Origin: Gammaproteobacteria bacterium
Lineage (GTDB): Bacteria > Pseudomonadota > Gammaproteobacteria > Steroidobacterales > UBA11654
Length of the DNA: 37,241 nucleotides
Direction: 5' to 3'
Assembly: GCA_963578425.1 (NCBI GenBank)
Contig: CAUZCF010000003.1
Coordinates: 1 to 37,241 of the forward strand
Shown: positions 1-9,483 of the stretch, one piece after another
How positions within the stretch are numbered: the first letter of the stretch is position 1
How the letters are laid out: each line of letters starts with the position of its first letter
Notes under the pieces: generated by a model
Database searches by the model: none
Told to the model about the DNA's origin: nothing
What the model saw: only the letters and a program-made list of their open reading frames with translations
Made by a program: the position numbers and the translations under genes

Positions 1-717
1 GAAGCATTTGACCTTGCAGAACAACTGCAAACACCTGTTTTTGTATTAAGTGATCTCGATATTGGTATGAACGACTGGATGATTAAAGACTTAGAATGGG
101 ATGATAAGTTTAAACCCAATCGAGGTAAGGTGCTGTCTTCTGAGGAGATAGAAAATATGGATACATTTCATCGTTACCTTGATGTAGATGGTGATGGAGT
201 TCCATATCGAACTATACCTGGAACAAACCCTAAAGGATCTTATTTTACCAGGGGTTCCGGACATAATAGGTTTGGCGGATACACAGAGAATGCATCTGAA
301 TATCAAGATGTTGTTGATCGCTTATTGGTTAAATGGGAAACGGCTAAAACTCTGGTGCCAAAACCTGCTGTATCATTCTCAAAAAATAATGATTTTGGAA
401 TTATCAGTATTGGCAGTTGCGATGATGCTATTCGTGAAGCAAGAGATATCATGACAAAACAAGACCAGAATTTAAATTACTTAAGAGTTAAGGCATTTCC
501 ATTTACAAAAGAAGTTCAAAAGTTCCTTGATGCTCATAAAATGATTTTTGTTGTCGAACAGAATCGTGATGGTCAGTTATTACAATTATTGATGTCAGAG
601 ACTGAAGTTGATCCAAAGAAAATAAAATCTATTCGACTCTATAACGGAATACCAATATTTCCCAAGGATGTTGTGGAAAAGATTCAATTAGAAATTAGTG
701 CAGGAAAAGCAGCATGA
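1..717 (+). CDS. korA: 2-oxoacid:ferredoxin oxidoreductase alpha subunit, C-terminal part (runs off the left edge)
   Basis: The frame is open from base 1 (EAFDLAEQLQTPVFVLSDLDIGMNDW...). OFOR-alpha motifs RGSGH and VVEQNRDGQL are present. The stop overlaps the korB start (ATGA). Confidence 0.88.
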   Translation, partial: EAFDLAEQLQTPVFVLSDLDIGMNDWMIKDLEWDDKFKPNRGKVLSSEEIENMDTFHRYLDVDGDGVPYRTIPGTNPKGSYFTRGSGHNRFGGYTENASEYQDVVDRLLVKWETAKTLVPKPAVSFSKNNDFGIISIGSCDDAIREARDIMTKQDQNLNYLRVKAFPFTKEVQKFLDAHKMIFVVEQNRDGQLLQLLMSETEVDPKKIKSIRLYNGIPIFPKDVVEKIQLEISAGKAA

Positions 718-1769
718 GCTATATAAAGAAACCAAAGATCATAAGAGAGAATGACCCTAGGAACAAACTAGGTATGACCTTTGATGATTATGAGGGAGTA
801 ATGTCAACTCTTTGTGCTGGCTGTGGACATGATTCTATTACTGGGGCAATTATCCAAACCGTTTTTGATTTAAATATAGAACCGCATAGAATGATTAAAC
901 TAAGTGGTATTGGCTGCTCATCAAAAACTCCAGCCTATTTTGCAAGCCAGTCACATGGATTTAATGCTGTGCACGGTCGAATGCCTTCCGTTGCTACTGG
1001 AGCAAATGCTGCTAATAGTGAATTATTGTGCTTAGGTGTTTCTGGCGATGGTGATACATTGTCCATTGGCATGGGACAATTTTCACATGCCATCAGAAGA
1101 AATCTTAATATGCTCTATATTATTGAAAACAATGGTGTTTATGGTTTAACTAAAGGGCAATTCTCGGCCTCAGCAGACGTAGGATCAACAGCAAAAAAAG
1201 GTGCACCTAATTTACAAACCCCTATTGATCCATGCACAGTCGCTATTTCACTTGGTGCTTCTTTTGTTGCTAGAAGTTTTTCAGGCGATAAGGATCAATT
1301 AATTCCCTTGCTTAAAGCTGGGCTTATGCATCGAGGGTTTGCCATGATTGATGTTATCTCACCGTGTGTAACTTTTAATGATCATGAGGGCTCTACAAAG
1401 AGTTATTTGAGCACAAGAGAAACAAAACGAGAAGCTGTTTATACGGATTATATAGCACCCTTTAGTGAAATAGAGGTTCAGTATGACGAAGGCACAAGTG
1501 TGGAAGTTGATCTCCATGAAGGCGGTAAAGTTATTTTGCGAAAAGCTGACGACAATTATAGTCCTCTGGATAGAAGTCAATCTTTTAGCAGCATTAAAGA
1601 AGCTTCAGACAAGGGAGAATTATTAACTGGACTCCTATATATTGATGAATCTCAACCAGATTTCACAGAAACAGAGAACACCATTACCAAGCCACTTAAT
1701 CAAATTACTTTTGAAGATTTATGTCCAGGTTCAAAAGCTTTGAACAAGTTACTTGACGACTACAAATAA
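714..1769 (+). CDS. korB: 2-oxoacid:ferredoxin oxidoreductase beta subunit (TPP/Fe-S binding)
   Basis: CAGCGH, SGIGCS, HGR, TPP motif GDGD...NN and SPCVTF. Confidence 0.92.
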   Translation: MSYIKKPKIIRENDPRNKLGMTFDDYEGVMSTLCAGCGHDSITGAIIQTVFDLNIEPHRMIKLSGIGCSSKTPAYFASQSHGFNAVHGRMPSVATGANAANSELLCLGVSGDGDTLSIGMGQFSHAIRRNLNMLYIIENNGVYGLTKGQFSASADVGSTAKKGAPNLQTPIDPCTVAISLGASFVARSFSGDKDQLIPLLKAGLMHRGFAMIDVISPCVTFNDHEGSTKSYLSTRETKREAVYTDYIAPFSEIEVQYDEGTSVEVDLHEGGKVILRKADDNYSPLDRSQSFSSIKEASDKGELLTGLLYIDESQPDFTETENTITKPLNQITFEDLCPGSKALNKLLDDYK

Positions 1770-1775
1770 AATTCT

Positions 1776-3233
1776 TTGATGCTTAAGCGTTGCGTCAATA
1801 AAAAAATATTTAGTCTTATATCTTTAATCTTTGTCGTGTTGATAAGTGTTTCTGCTTATGCAAAACATACGCTACCCATAAAGATTGAATCATTAGCCTC
1901 TAAGTATGATATTCCTTTGGATAATCTAAGTATCATCGTTCAGCCAGTTGGTTCAGAAATTCGACTGATTAATCTCAACTCAAACGTTTATAGAAGCCCA
2001 GCTTCGCTTACAAAATTATTTACCGCATATGTGGGTATAGACTATCTAGGTCCTGATTTTACTTGGACCACAAAAGTTTTCAGCTCAGATGCTATCAATG
2101 ATGGGGTTATTGATTCACTAATTTTTCAAGGTGGTGGCGATCCTTATATCACTATAGAGCGTCTAAAGCTGATGGTGACAGAATTGAGAAGCTTGGGGAT
2201 TCATACCATTAATAATGGTTTGATTGTTGAGCAGAAATTTTTCCAACAACCTCGAATGTCCACAGCAGTCTTTGATGATGATCCTCTTCGTCCATACAAT
2301 GTTATGCATACTTCTTTTTTGATTAATAACAATAAGATTGACTTTACTGTTAAGAAAAACTCTATAAACACTATTCAAATAGAACCTGTTTTTTTACCAG
2401 CAGCAGTATCGTTTCTTGATCGATTAGAAATAGGAGCTGGGCCATGTGGTAATTTTAGAGACGATGTTAGTTTTACCCAGATCAATCAAGAAAAATACCC
2501 ACCTAATACTGTAATCGTATTAACTGGCACTTACCCTGGGGATTGTAATTCATTTGAGCACGATATCTCATTAACAGATGCTAATCATTATTTTTTCGGT
2601 GCCTTTAAAAGGGTGTGGTTAGAATCGGGAGGCAACTTCAAGGGGTATATCAGGGAAGGAAATGCTCCGTTATTTGATAAACCATTAGTTTCTTTCGACT
2701 CGGCAACTCTTGCAGAAATTGCAACTGAAAGTGTTAAGGAAAGTGATAATTTAATCTCTCGACATATATTCTTGAGTTTGAACCAATCTTTTGTAGGGAA
2801 GAAAAACTATAAAGCCTCAAGAAAGATTATGAAGAAGGTATTGAGACATAATGGTATCAAAATTACAAACAGTGCTTTTATTGAAAATGGTTCTGGACTG
2901 TCTAGGACAACAAAAATAAGACCAGAGACTATTCTAGATTTACTTCAAGCAATACAGCAACATTCGTCATCTGACATCTTACTCAATTCACTCCCTGTCT
3001 CTGGTGTTGATGGATCGCTTGAGAATAAATATCAGAATGATTTATTAAAGAAGAGACTAAAGCTCAAAACAGGGACATTGGATGGGGTTAGTGGCCTAGC
3101 AGGTTTTATCACCGGTTTGTCCGGGAAAGACTATATATTTGTTTTTCTTCACAATGATATTCCTGATTATTCATATCGTATTTCACCTTTTCGAGAGGCT
3201 TTACTTAATTGGGTAGTTGACGATATCAACTAG
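1776..3233 (+). CDS. dacB: D-alanyl-D-alanine carboxypeptidase/endopeptidase PBP4 (peptidase S13)
   Basis: Signal peptide; PASLTK (SxxK), GGGDP, SDN, NGSGLSR, GVDGSL and KTGTL. Confidence 0.92.
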   Translation: MMLKRCVNKKIFSLISLIFVVLISVSAYAKHTLPIKIESLASKYDIPLDNLSIIVQPVGSEIRLINLNSNVYRSPASLTKLFTAYVGIDYLGPDFTWTTKVFSSDAINDGVIDSLIFQGGGDPYITIERLKLMVTELRSLGIHTINNGLIVEQKFFQQPRMSTAVFDDDPLRPYNVMHTSFLINNNKIDFTVKKNSINTIQIEPVFLPAAVSFLDRLEIGAGPCGNFRDDVSFTQINQEKYPPNTVIVLTGTYPGDCNSFEHDISLTDANHYFFGAFKRVWLESGGNFKGYIREGNAPLFDKPLVSFDSATLAEIATESVKESDNLISRHIFLSLNQSFVGKKNYKASRKIMKKVLRHNGIKITNSAFIENGSGLSRTTKIRPETILDLLQAIQQHSSSDILLNSLPVSGVDGSLENKYQNDLLKKRLKLKTGTLDGVSGLAGFITGLSGKDYIFVFLHNDIPDYSYRISPFREALLNWVVDDIN

Positions 3234-3810
3234 GGGATTGTCTAGTTGATATTCTAAGACGCCATAGAATCAGTAAGGTTATCAAAACTGAGTGAAGAAC
3301 GGCTTCATAGCTAATAACTTTTTCTTGCCAGTAGAAGTGCCAAACACCTAGTAGGGCAGCGGTATAGACTAAGCCACTGATTGTTGATCGGTTTTTATTG
3401 AACCACTCTTGGAATGAATTAAATGAAGCTAATCCAACAGCAAACAGACATAAAAAACCTGCCCAACCAACAATCAGATATGGGGTTTCTATAATATCGA
3501 TCACAATCACACCAAGATCACCTGCTTGATCTATAATCGCATAACAAAGAAAGTGATTTAAAACATAGAAGAAAGCAACCAGACCAATTGGTTTTGGTAA
3601 TTTTCTAATCACTTCTTGTCTCGAATAATGATATAAGGGTGCTAGTGTCAATGTTAAGACCAGAAATCTGATGCCCCATATTCCTGTGTCATGGATTATT
3701 GCCTCTACAGGATTGGCACCCAGTCCTCCAAAAAACCCAAAAACTTTAAAATTAAGCAGAATATAGGGCAAAAAGCTCACTAGTAGAATAATTCTCACTA
3801 TGGCTTTCAT
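3226..3810 (-). CDS. msrQ: Protein-methionine-sulfoxide reductase heme-binding membrane subunit MsrQ (divergent)
   Basis: GLGANPVE..IH.TG, FY..NH, PYL.VG and VWHFYW; multiple TM helices; directly downstream of msrP. Confidence 0.88.
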   Translation of the reverse strand: MKAIVRIILLVSFLPYILLNFKVFGFFGGLGANPVEAIIHDTGIWGIRFLVLTLTLAPLYHYSRQEVIRKLPKPIGLVAFFYVLNHFLCYAIIDQAGDLGVIVIDIIETPYLIVGWAGFLCLFAVGLASFNSFQEWFNKNRSTISGLVYTAALLGVWHFYWQEKVISYEAVLHSVLITLLILWRLRISTRQSPS

Positions 3811-3833
3811 TATTATTTAATTTGTAATATATC

Positions 3834-4796
3834 TTAGAAATTACGCTTAAGATTGATACCACTATAAAGATTCGCAACGTCTTCAGCATAACCATTAAAC
3901 ATAAGAGTGGGTTGTTTGGTTCCAAAGAACCCAGAACCTATCCTTCTTTCTCTAGCTTGACTCCATCTTGGATGATCAACCTCTGGATTGACATTAGCTA
4001 AAAATCCATATTCATTTGGGGCTGAAATATTCCAGCTGGTTGAAGGTTTTTTTGATTGAAAATGTATTTTATTAATAGATTTAATGCTTTTAAATCCATA
4101 TTTCCATGGGACAACTAAACGCATAGGTGCACCACTTTGATTCAATAATTCCTTACCATATAAACCAACAGCAATAATCGTCAAAGGGTGCATGGCTTCT
4201 TGTATTGTTAATCCTTCAATATAAGGCCAGTCTAGAATAGGTCTTCTTTGGCCTGGCATTTGTTTAGGTCTATACACAGTTTCAAAGGCAACATACTTAG
4301 CATTTAATTTTGGTTGTAACTTTTTGATAACATTGGCTAGTGGAATACCTACCCAAGGGATCACCATCGACCAAGCCTCAACACATCTTAATCTATATAT
4401 TCTTTCTTCTAGAGCGTTCATGTCTATTAGATCATCAAGATCAAAAACCCCTGTTTTATTGGCTTCACCGCTAATCTTGACTGACCATGGCTTTGGTTCA
4501 AATTGACTACCATAATTATAGGGATCACTTTTTTGCATGCCAAACTCATAAAAATTGTTATACGTGGTTATATCTTCATAACTATTAATGGACTCTGTAG
4601 TGGAATATTTAGCATTAGGGGAAAAATTCAATTGGCTTTCATTCGCACTAATACTGTCATTTACAAATAAATTCATTGCGAGTCCTGTCGATAACGTGCC
4701 AATTGTTTGCAGAACAGAGCGACGATTGAGATACACAGATTCAGGGGTAATTTCTGATGTTTTAATGACGTGCTTAAATTTTCTTATTGATGACAT
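3834..4796 (-). CDS. msrP: Protein-methionine-sulfoxide reductase catalytic molybdo-subunit MsrP
   Basis: SEITPE..YLNRR Tat-like signal; YNNFYEFG, RLRCVEAWSMVIPW, VPWKYGFKSIKSI and HPRWSQARER. Confidence 0.96.
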   Translation of the reverse strand: MSSIRKFKHVIKTSEITPESVYLNRRSVLQTIGTLSTGLAMNLFVNDSISANESQLNFSPNAKYSTTESINSYEDITTYNNFYEFGMQKSDPYNYGSQFEPKPWSVKISGEANKTGVFDLDDLIDMNALEERIYRLRCVEAWSMVIPWVGIPLANVIKKLQPKLNAKYVAFETVYRPKQMPGQRRPILDWPYIEGLTIQEAMHPLTIIAVGLYGKELLNQSGAPMRLVVPWKYGFKSIKSINKIHFQSKKPSTSWNISAPNEYGFLANVNPEVDHPRWSQARERRIGSGFFGTKQPTLMFNGYAEDVANLYSGINLKRNF

Positions 4797-4814
4797 TAGG
4801 AGCTTTTTAAAATT

Positions 4815-4827
4815 TATAGGACCTATA
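4815..4827. promoter_or_regulatory. Perfect inverted repeat TATAGG-A-CCTATA between divergent msrP and dctP (possible operator)
   Basis: 6-1-6 dyad seen directly about 20 nt upstream of the msrP start. Function is unproven. Confidence 0.3.
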
Positions 4828-4896
4828 TTAACGGATTACTTGATAGACGCCAACTTGGTCAAATGAGACAATGATTTTTTTCCATTGAGCTTCAAT

Positions 4897-5913
4897 ATGA
4901 AATATAAATTATTCTCACTACTGATTTTTATCTTCTCTATAACGGCTTGTGATACAAGCAAGCAAGATAACACTTTATCAATGACAGTTGGTGGTACTGG
5001 AATACCTAATACTGTTGGAGAGCAACATTTCTTAGATTTTCAGCAGGCGGTAACACAAGGCTTACCTGAGATGGAAACTAAAATGCTCATTTATGGTCAA
5101 CTAGGCTCTGAAGAGAATCTTGTTTCAGGACTTAGAAGAAATCGGGTTCAATTTGCTAATCTCTCAGCAATCATTGTTTCAACATTAGTCTCAGAAGCCG
5201 CATTATTGTATGCACCTTATTTGTTCGATAGTGCCGAAGAGGCAGACTTTGTTTATGATAATTATTTGACCCCTATTTTTACTAATTTATTAGCAGAGAA
5301 AGGTTTACAGTTTGTTGCTTGGAGTGAAATAGGGTTCCATAATGTGTATGCAAAACAGCCAATTTTGAACCCTGAAGATGCAAAAGGAAAACGCTATCGA
5401 GTCTCTGCAAGCTTAAGTTCCCGCTATTTTGCAGAAGCTATTGGTGCGGACCAAATACCAATGGGTTACGGTGAGATCGTACAATCATTACAAACTGATT
5501 TAATCGAGGCAGGCGATAATTCAGTGGCTCTTTATGTGAAAACTGGAAAAGAACAAGAGGCACCACATTACACCCTTACCAAGCATTCACTTGGAATGTC
5601 TATGATGGTTGCGAGAAAGGCATGGTGGGATGAGCTTAGTGAAGAACAACAAGTGATAATTAAAAAGGCTTGGCCACAAGCGAATGAGTCTAGACGATCA
5701 TTGAGAGCCGAAGCAACTGAGGATTTAGCTAAAGCTGAACAAATGGGTATCACAGTTTATGAGTTGAATGATGAACAACGACAGCAATGGAAGGATGCAA
5801 CCCAGGGTCAAGTTGAACGATTAGCTAAGCAAGTTGGTGGGCGATCACTTGAGTTAATTGAATTAATTAACGCAGGTAAAAAAGAATTTCAATCCAGCAA
5901 GCTCAACAAATGA
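4897..5913 (+). CDS. dctP: TRAP transporter substrate-binding protein, DctP family, predicted lipoprotein
   Basis: GQLGSEE, PYLF, G.RYRV (conserved Arg), MGYGEIVQSLQT..IEA.DN; lipobox ITAC. ATG 4897 is preferred over TTG 4885. Confidence 0.85.
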   Translation: MKYKLFSLLIFIFSITACDTSKQDNTLSMTVGGTGIPNTVGEQHFLDFQQAVTQGLPEMETKMLIYGQLGSEENLVSGLRRNRVQFANLSAIIVSTLVSEAALLYAPYLFDSAEEADFVYDNYLTPIFTNLLAEKGLQFVAWSEIGFHNVYAKQPILNPEDAKGKRYRVSASLSSRYFAEAIGADQIPMGYGEIVQSLQTDLIEAGDNSVALYVKTGKEQEAPHYTLTKHSLGMSMMVARKAWWDELSEEQQVIIKKAWPQANESRRSLRAEATEDLAKAEQMGITVYELNDEQRQQWKDATQGQVERLAKQVGGRSLELIELINAGKKEFQSSKLNK

Positions 5914-7073
5914 GCAATCAAAATAATATCAAATCACTTGCTAAAGTAATGACAGCAATAGCACTTGTAGGTGTAATGGTTGGTATTAATCTTCCATTGA
6001 GTTCTTTAACTCTTAAAACATGGGGCCTCACGTCTACGGTTATAGGCTTTTCTGCGTCAATGGTTGGTTTAGCTTCGGTATTCATAACTCCTTTTTTCTC
6101 TAAATTAATTAATCGTTTCGGGCAAATGCAAATCATGAGATTTTGCTTAATTATTTTGCCAATTGCGATTCTATTTTTACCTGCATTTAAAAATATTTAT
6201 AGTTGGTTTGTTTTACGATTTATTATCGGAATCGCGGCAACAGGCATTTGGTTATTAAGTGAGGTTTGGATTAATGCCTTTACTGAAGATAAACATCGTG
6301 GAAAAGTTATTGCAGTTTATTCATCAGTAATATCTTTAGGTTTTATTATTGGCGTACTCATCATGTCTTTTATATCGATTGAATCCGGTGGAGGCTTTTA
6401 TGTTTCAGCTTTTATAACAATTATCGCTGCAATTCCCTTATGGAATATGACAGATCTACCAGACTTTGATGTTGTTGAAGACATTTCTTTTTACAGGTAT
6501 CTAGTGACTGCACCTGGTCTTATGGGTTCCAGTTGGATGATGGGATTTCTTTATGCAGGCACAGCTGCTTTATTACCTATTTTTGCACTACCTTATGTTC
6601 AGGACGATTATTCTCAATCGTCAAGAACCGTCGCGTGGCTAGCAAGTGGTGAATTGATATGTCCCTTAATAGTGGGCTGGATGGCAGATCGTTATGATAA
6701 AGCAAGATTAATGACTTATATTTCAAGCATTAGCGTATTGTCATTAGCAATATTACCAATGATTTTTAATATCCCTTTTTTACGCTTTCTTGTGCTTTTT
6801 ATTATTGGTGGAACAATTATGAGTTTCTATTCCTTGGGGCTGACCTTACTGGGCCAAGAGTTTAAAGGTAAAGTGTTGGCCTCTGCCAATGCTTGTTTTA
6901 TTTTTTTCCTATCTTTAGGTGAAATACTTGGTCCTCCAGTTGTAGGAAAAGCTATGGATCTTTTTGGGAATGCTGCCTTTGGTTGGTCAATGTCAATAGT
7001 AGGTTTTATTTACCTAATTATTTTCATAGGCAGTAATGCCATATCAAAGTCAACTAATAAACTAGGAAGTTAA
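5910..7073 (+). CDS. MFS transporter (YcaD-like)
   Basis: About 12 hydrophobic segments; E.WIN....HRG; GWMADRYD motif A-like; GPP.VG.AMD. ATGA overlap with dctP. Confidence 0.85.
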   Translation: MSNQNNIKSLAKVMTAIALVGVMVGINLPLSSLTLKTWGLTSTVIGFSASMVGLASVFITPFFSKLINRFGQMQIMRFCLIILPIAILFLPAFKNIYSWFVLRFIIGIAATGIWLLSEVWINAFTEDKHRGKVIAVYSSVISLGFIIGVLIMSFISIESGGGFYVSAFITIIAAIPLWNMTDLPDFDVVEDISFYRYLVTAPGLMGSSWMMGFLYAGTAALLPIFALPYVQDDYSQSSRTVAWLASGELICPLIVGWMADRYDKARLMTYISSISVLSLAILPMIFNIPFLRFLVLFIIGGTIMSFYSLGLTLLGQEFKGKVLASANACFIFFLSLGEILGPPVVGKAMDLFGNAAFGWSMSIVGFIYLIIFIGSNAISKSTNKLGS

Positions 7074-8443
7074 GCTATCGGATTTTCTAAGGGCTTATCT
7101 TCTAGCTCCTCTTCAGGTTCAGGTGTCTTCAATTCTTTAGGTTTAGACCCAATAGAGTATAGAAATTCATGACGAAAATTAATATCAGATGATTCTTGGG
7201 GTTCAGCTTCGATGTAAACAGGCCGATAGACTGTTTTTTTGATAGCCGATACAGCAACTCTTTCTATCAACCCTTCTGGGTCTGATTCTATAACTTCTAT
7301 ATTTGTTGTTTTACCACTAATGTCAATTGCGTAACGAAGTGAAATATAACCTGTTTGATCAGCTTCATTCTTTTCTCCAGCTTCTGGGATTGGGTAGGTG
7401 TTGGGTAGTAAGATATTACGAACCTTAACCGGTGTTGAAAAACGTTCTTTTATCAGCTCACTCATACTCGGGTCTTCATTAATTAAACCCCAACATTCTT
7501 GATAGATCTTCATCCCTGATTGTGCACGTCCATAGCTAGTGTAGGTGTCACCAAGATCCAGCAATACCTCAAATTTTAAAATTAAATCAGTATTTTCCAT
7601 GGCATCAATTTTTTCCAATGCTTGTTTAAGTGGACTTAAACTTTTATAGATATCAACACCCTCTCTTCGATGAGAGAACGAAATATTTTTATAGGTTTCA
7701 ATCAATGGTTTAATCTGGTCTGTTGCTCGGCTAGTCTGTCTTTCAAGCAATTCCTCTTGCACTTCACGCTCAAGAAAAATTTGACCGGTTCGTTTATACC
7801 AATTGCTTAACTTCATTAATGATTCATCGACCATGGAGTTGTTTACACCAAAGTGTTTTTTATTGACATAAACTTGAAAGGTCTGATGATGGTTTGCTTG
7901 TTGGAAGTTTTTAGCTCCAATCAGACTTTCAGTTAATGTGTCGTGAATTTTAAGTTGATCAAGATTATGAAAACCTTGATTGACATGATTGATCCTTAAA
8001 GCTCTTTCAAGAATTGTTATGGCTTCTTGGTATTGACCGTAGCGGTTTAAAGTTAAAGCAAATCCGTAGAGAGGAGAAATTAACTCTGGAGATATAATAT
8101 TTTGATTGGATTCAATTAGCTCAATGCATTGAAGAAAGGCAACTTGTGCATTCTCAAAATCATCCACCATGTAGTATGCGCTAGCAAGATTATTCAGCGG
8201 CGTAATAAGTCTGAAGTTTTTTTCACCGTAAATTTCCTTCGTCAACGCCACAATTTTCTTTGCAGGTAGAATGCTTTGTTGAAATCGTTCTTGGTCATAG
8301 AAGCCTAGAAACTCTTGTTGTAAAGTATCTCTTAGGGTTAACTGTTCAGTTTCATTAAGATTCTGTGCTTGAGTATAGCCAAGGACAGGGATAAGAATTA
8401 TAATTCTTATTAATTGATTAAAAATATAACTTAATTTATTCAT
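7070..8443 (-). CDS. Secreted tetratricopeptide-repeat protein with a C-terminal TonB_C domain
   Basis: Signal peptide; kinesin-like TPRs (LNNLASAY, YQEAI.ILERALRI); C-terminal GYISLRYAIDISGKTTNIEVIES...YRP typical of TonB_C. Confidence 0.75.
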   Translation of the reverse strand: MNKLSYIFNQLIRIIILIPVLGYTQAQNLNETEQLTLRDTLQQEFLGFYDQERFQQSILPAKKIVALTKEIYGEKNFRLITPLNNLASAYYMVDDFENAQVAFLQCIELIESNQNIISPELISPLYGFALTLNRYGQYQEAITILERALRINHVNQGFHNLDQLKIHDTLTESLIGAKNFQQANHHQTFQVYVNKKHFGVNNSMVDESLMKLSNWYKRTGQIFLEREVQEELLERQTSRATDQIKPLIETYKNISFSHRREGVDIYKSLSPLKQALEKIDAMENTDLILKFEVLLDLGDTYTSYGRAQSGMKIYQECWGLINEDPSMSELIKERFSTPVKVRNILLPNTYPIPEAGEKNEADQTGYISLRYAIDISGKTTNIEVIESDPEGLIERVAVSAIKKTVYRPVYIEAEPQESSDINFRHEFLYSIGSKPKELKTPEPEEELEDKPLENPIA

Positions 8444-8530
8444 CTCTTATTCTTAATGATTTTTGAATTAATACATAATTAATTTATCATATTTATTTCT
8501 TATTATGGATAAGCAAAATAAAATTACGAC

Positions 8531-9106
8531 ATGGAAATCTCAGAAAAACATTTTGTAAATGGAAATAATATTCGTTCCCCCCATCCAGATGGATTCTTAG
8601 AACTAAGGGTCGGTATGGGGTGCTTTTGGGGAGCTGAAAAAATGTTCTGGCAATTGGAAGGAGTTCATGCCACCAGTGTTGGTTATAGCGGAGGGGTAAA
8701 GGATGAACCCACTTACCAAGAGGTCTGCTCTGGCACCACTGGTCATGCCGAAGTCGTTTCAGTCGTTTATCAACCTGAACTGATTTCCACCGGTGAAATA
8801 CTTAAAGTGTTTTGGGAAGGCCACGATCCAACTCAATACATGAGACAGGGCAACGACGTTGGCAGCCAATATAGATCAGCAGTCTTTTATTCTGACCAGT
8901 CTATGCTTGAATTAATTGAGACAACAAAAGCACAATATCAGTTAAGTTTAAGCAATGCTGGTTATGGCGACATTGTTACAGAAGTACTCCAGACTCAGAC
9001 CTTTCATTATGCTGAAGATTATCATCAGCAATATTTAGCTAAAAACCCTGATGGGTATTGCGGGCATGGTGGTTGTGGCGTTTCCTTTAGTCTGTCTGCA
9101 GATTAG
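8531..9106 (+). CDS. msrA: Peptide-methionine (S)-S-oxide reductase MsrA
   Basis: GCFWG, PTY.EVC.G.TGHAE, HDPT..RQGND.G.QYRS and AEDYHQQYL.KNP.GYC. Confidence 0.97.
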   Translation: MEISEKHFVNGNNIRSPHPDGFLELRVGMGCFWGAEKMFWQLEGVHATSVGYSGGVKDEPTYQEVCSGTTGHAEVVSVVYQPELISTGEILKVFWEGHDPTQYMRQGNDVGSQYRSAVFYSDQSMLELIETTKAQYQLSLSNAGYGDIVTEVLQTQTFHYAEDYHQQYLAKNPDGYCGHGGCGVSFSLSAD

Positions 9107-9483
9107 TTCAGAACTTTATAGCCACGACCTCTCAAACAGCGTTTTAGGATTTGCTCTTTTTCTCTAACAGCCCTTATACCTGATTGTGCTCCTCCAGATA
9201 CAGCGCCCACTTCAATAGCATCTCGTCTTGATCGTACATCGTCGGTAATTGCTTCTATGACAGCACCGACAGCTGCACCAGTTACTGCTCCTTTAGCGAT
9301 ACTTTTTCCAGTTGATATATCTTCAGAGAAGATTGAACATTCCTCGAGATCAATTTCATACTGTGACATATTCACTCCTTTTGTATCAATAATAGGTTTT
9401 GAACCTTCAAATATTGAACTAGAGTTATTAGCCACACACCCTAAAAGGGTAATAAGAAATAGTGCTGTTAATAAATTTTTCAT
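9103..9483 (-). CDS. Glycine-zipper lipoprotein
   Basis: Lipobox LLGC after ATG 9483; DLEEC, GAVTGAAVGA/GAVSGGAQSG zipper and CL.GRGY.VL C-terminus. Confidence 0.8.
   Translation of the reverse strand: MKNLLTALFLITLLGCVANNSSSIFEGSKPIIDTKGVNMSQYEIDLEECSIFSEDISTGKSIAKGAVTGAAVGAVIEAITDDVRSRRDAIEVGAVSGGAQSGIRAVREKEQILKRCLRGRGYKVLN

Noticed and set aside
91-454. Short ORFs overlapping korA, and the start call at 67
   Set aside because: The korA frame is open from base 1, so 67 is an internal Met; the other ORFs are shadows.
8444-8530. Very AT-rich spacer as a possible origin or repeat
   Set aside because: No DnaA boxes or iterons seen; consistent with an ordinary divergent promoter region.
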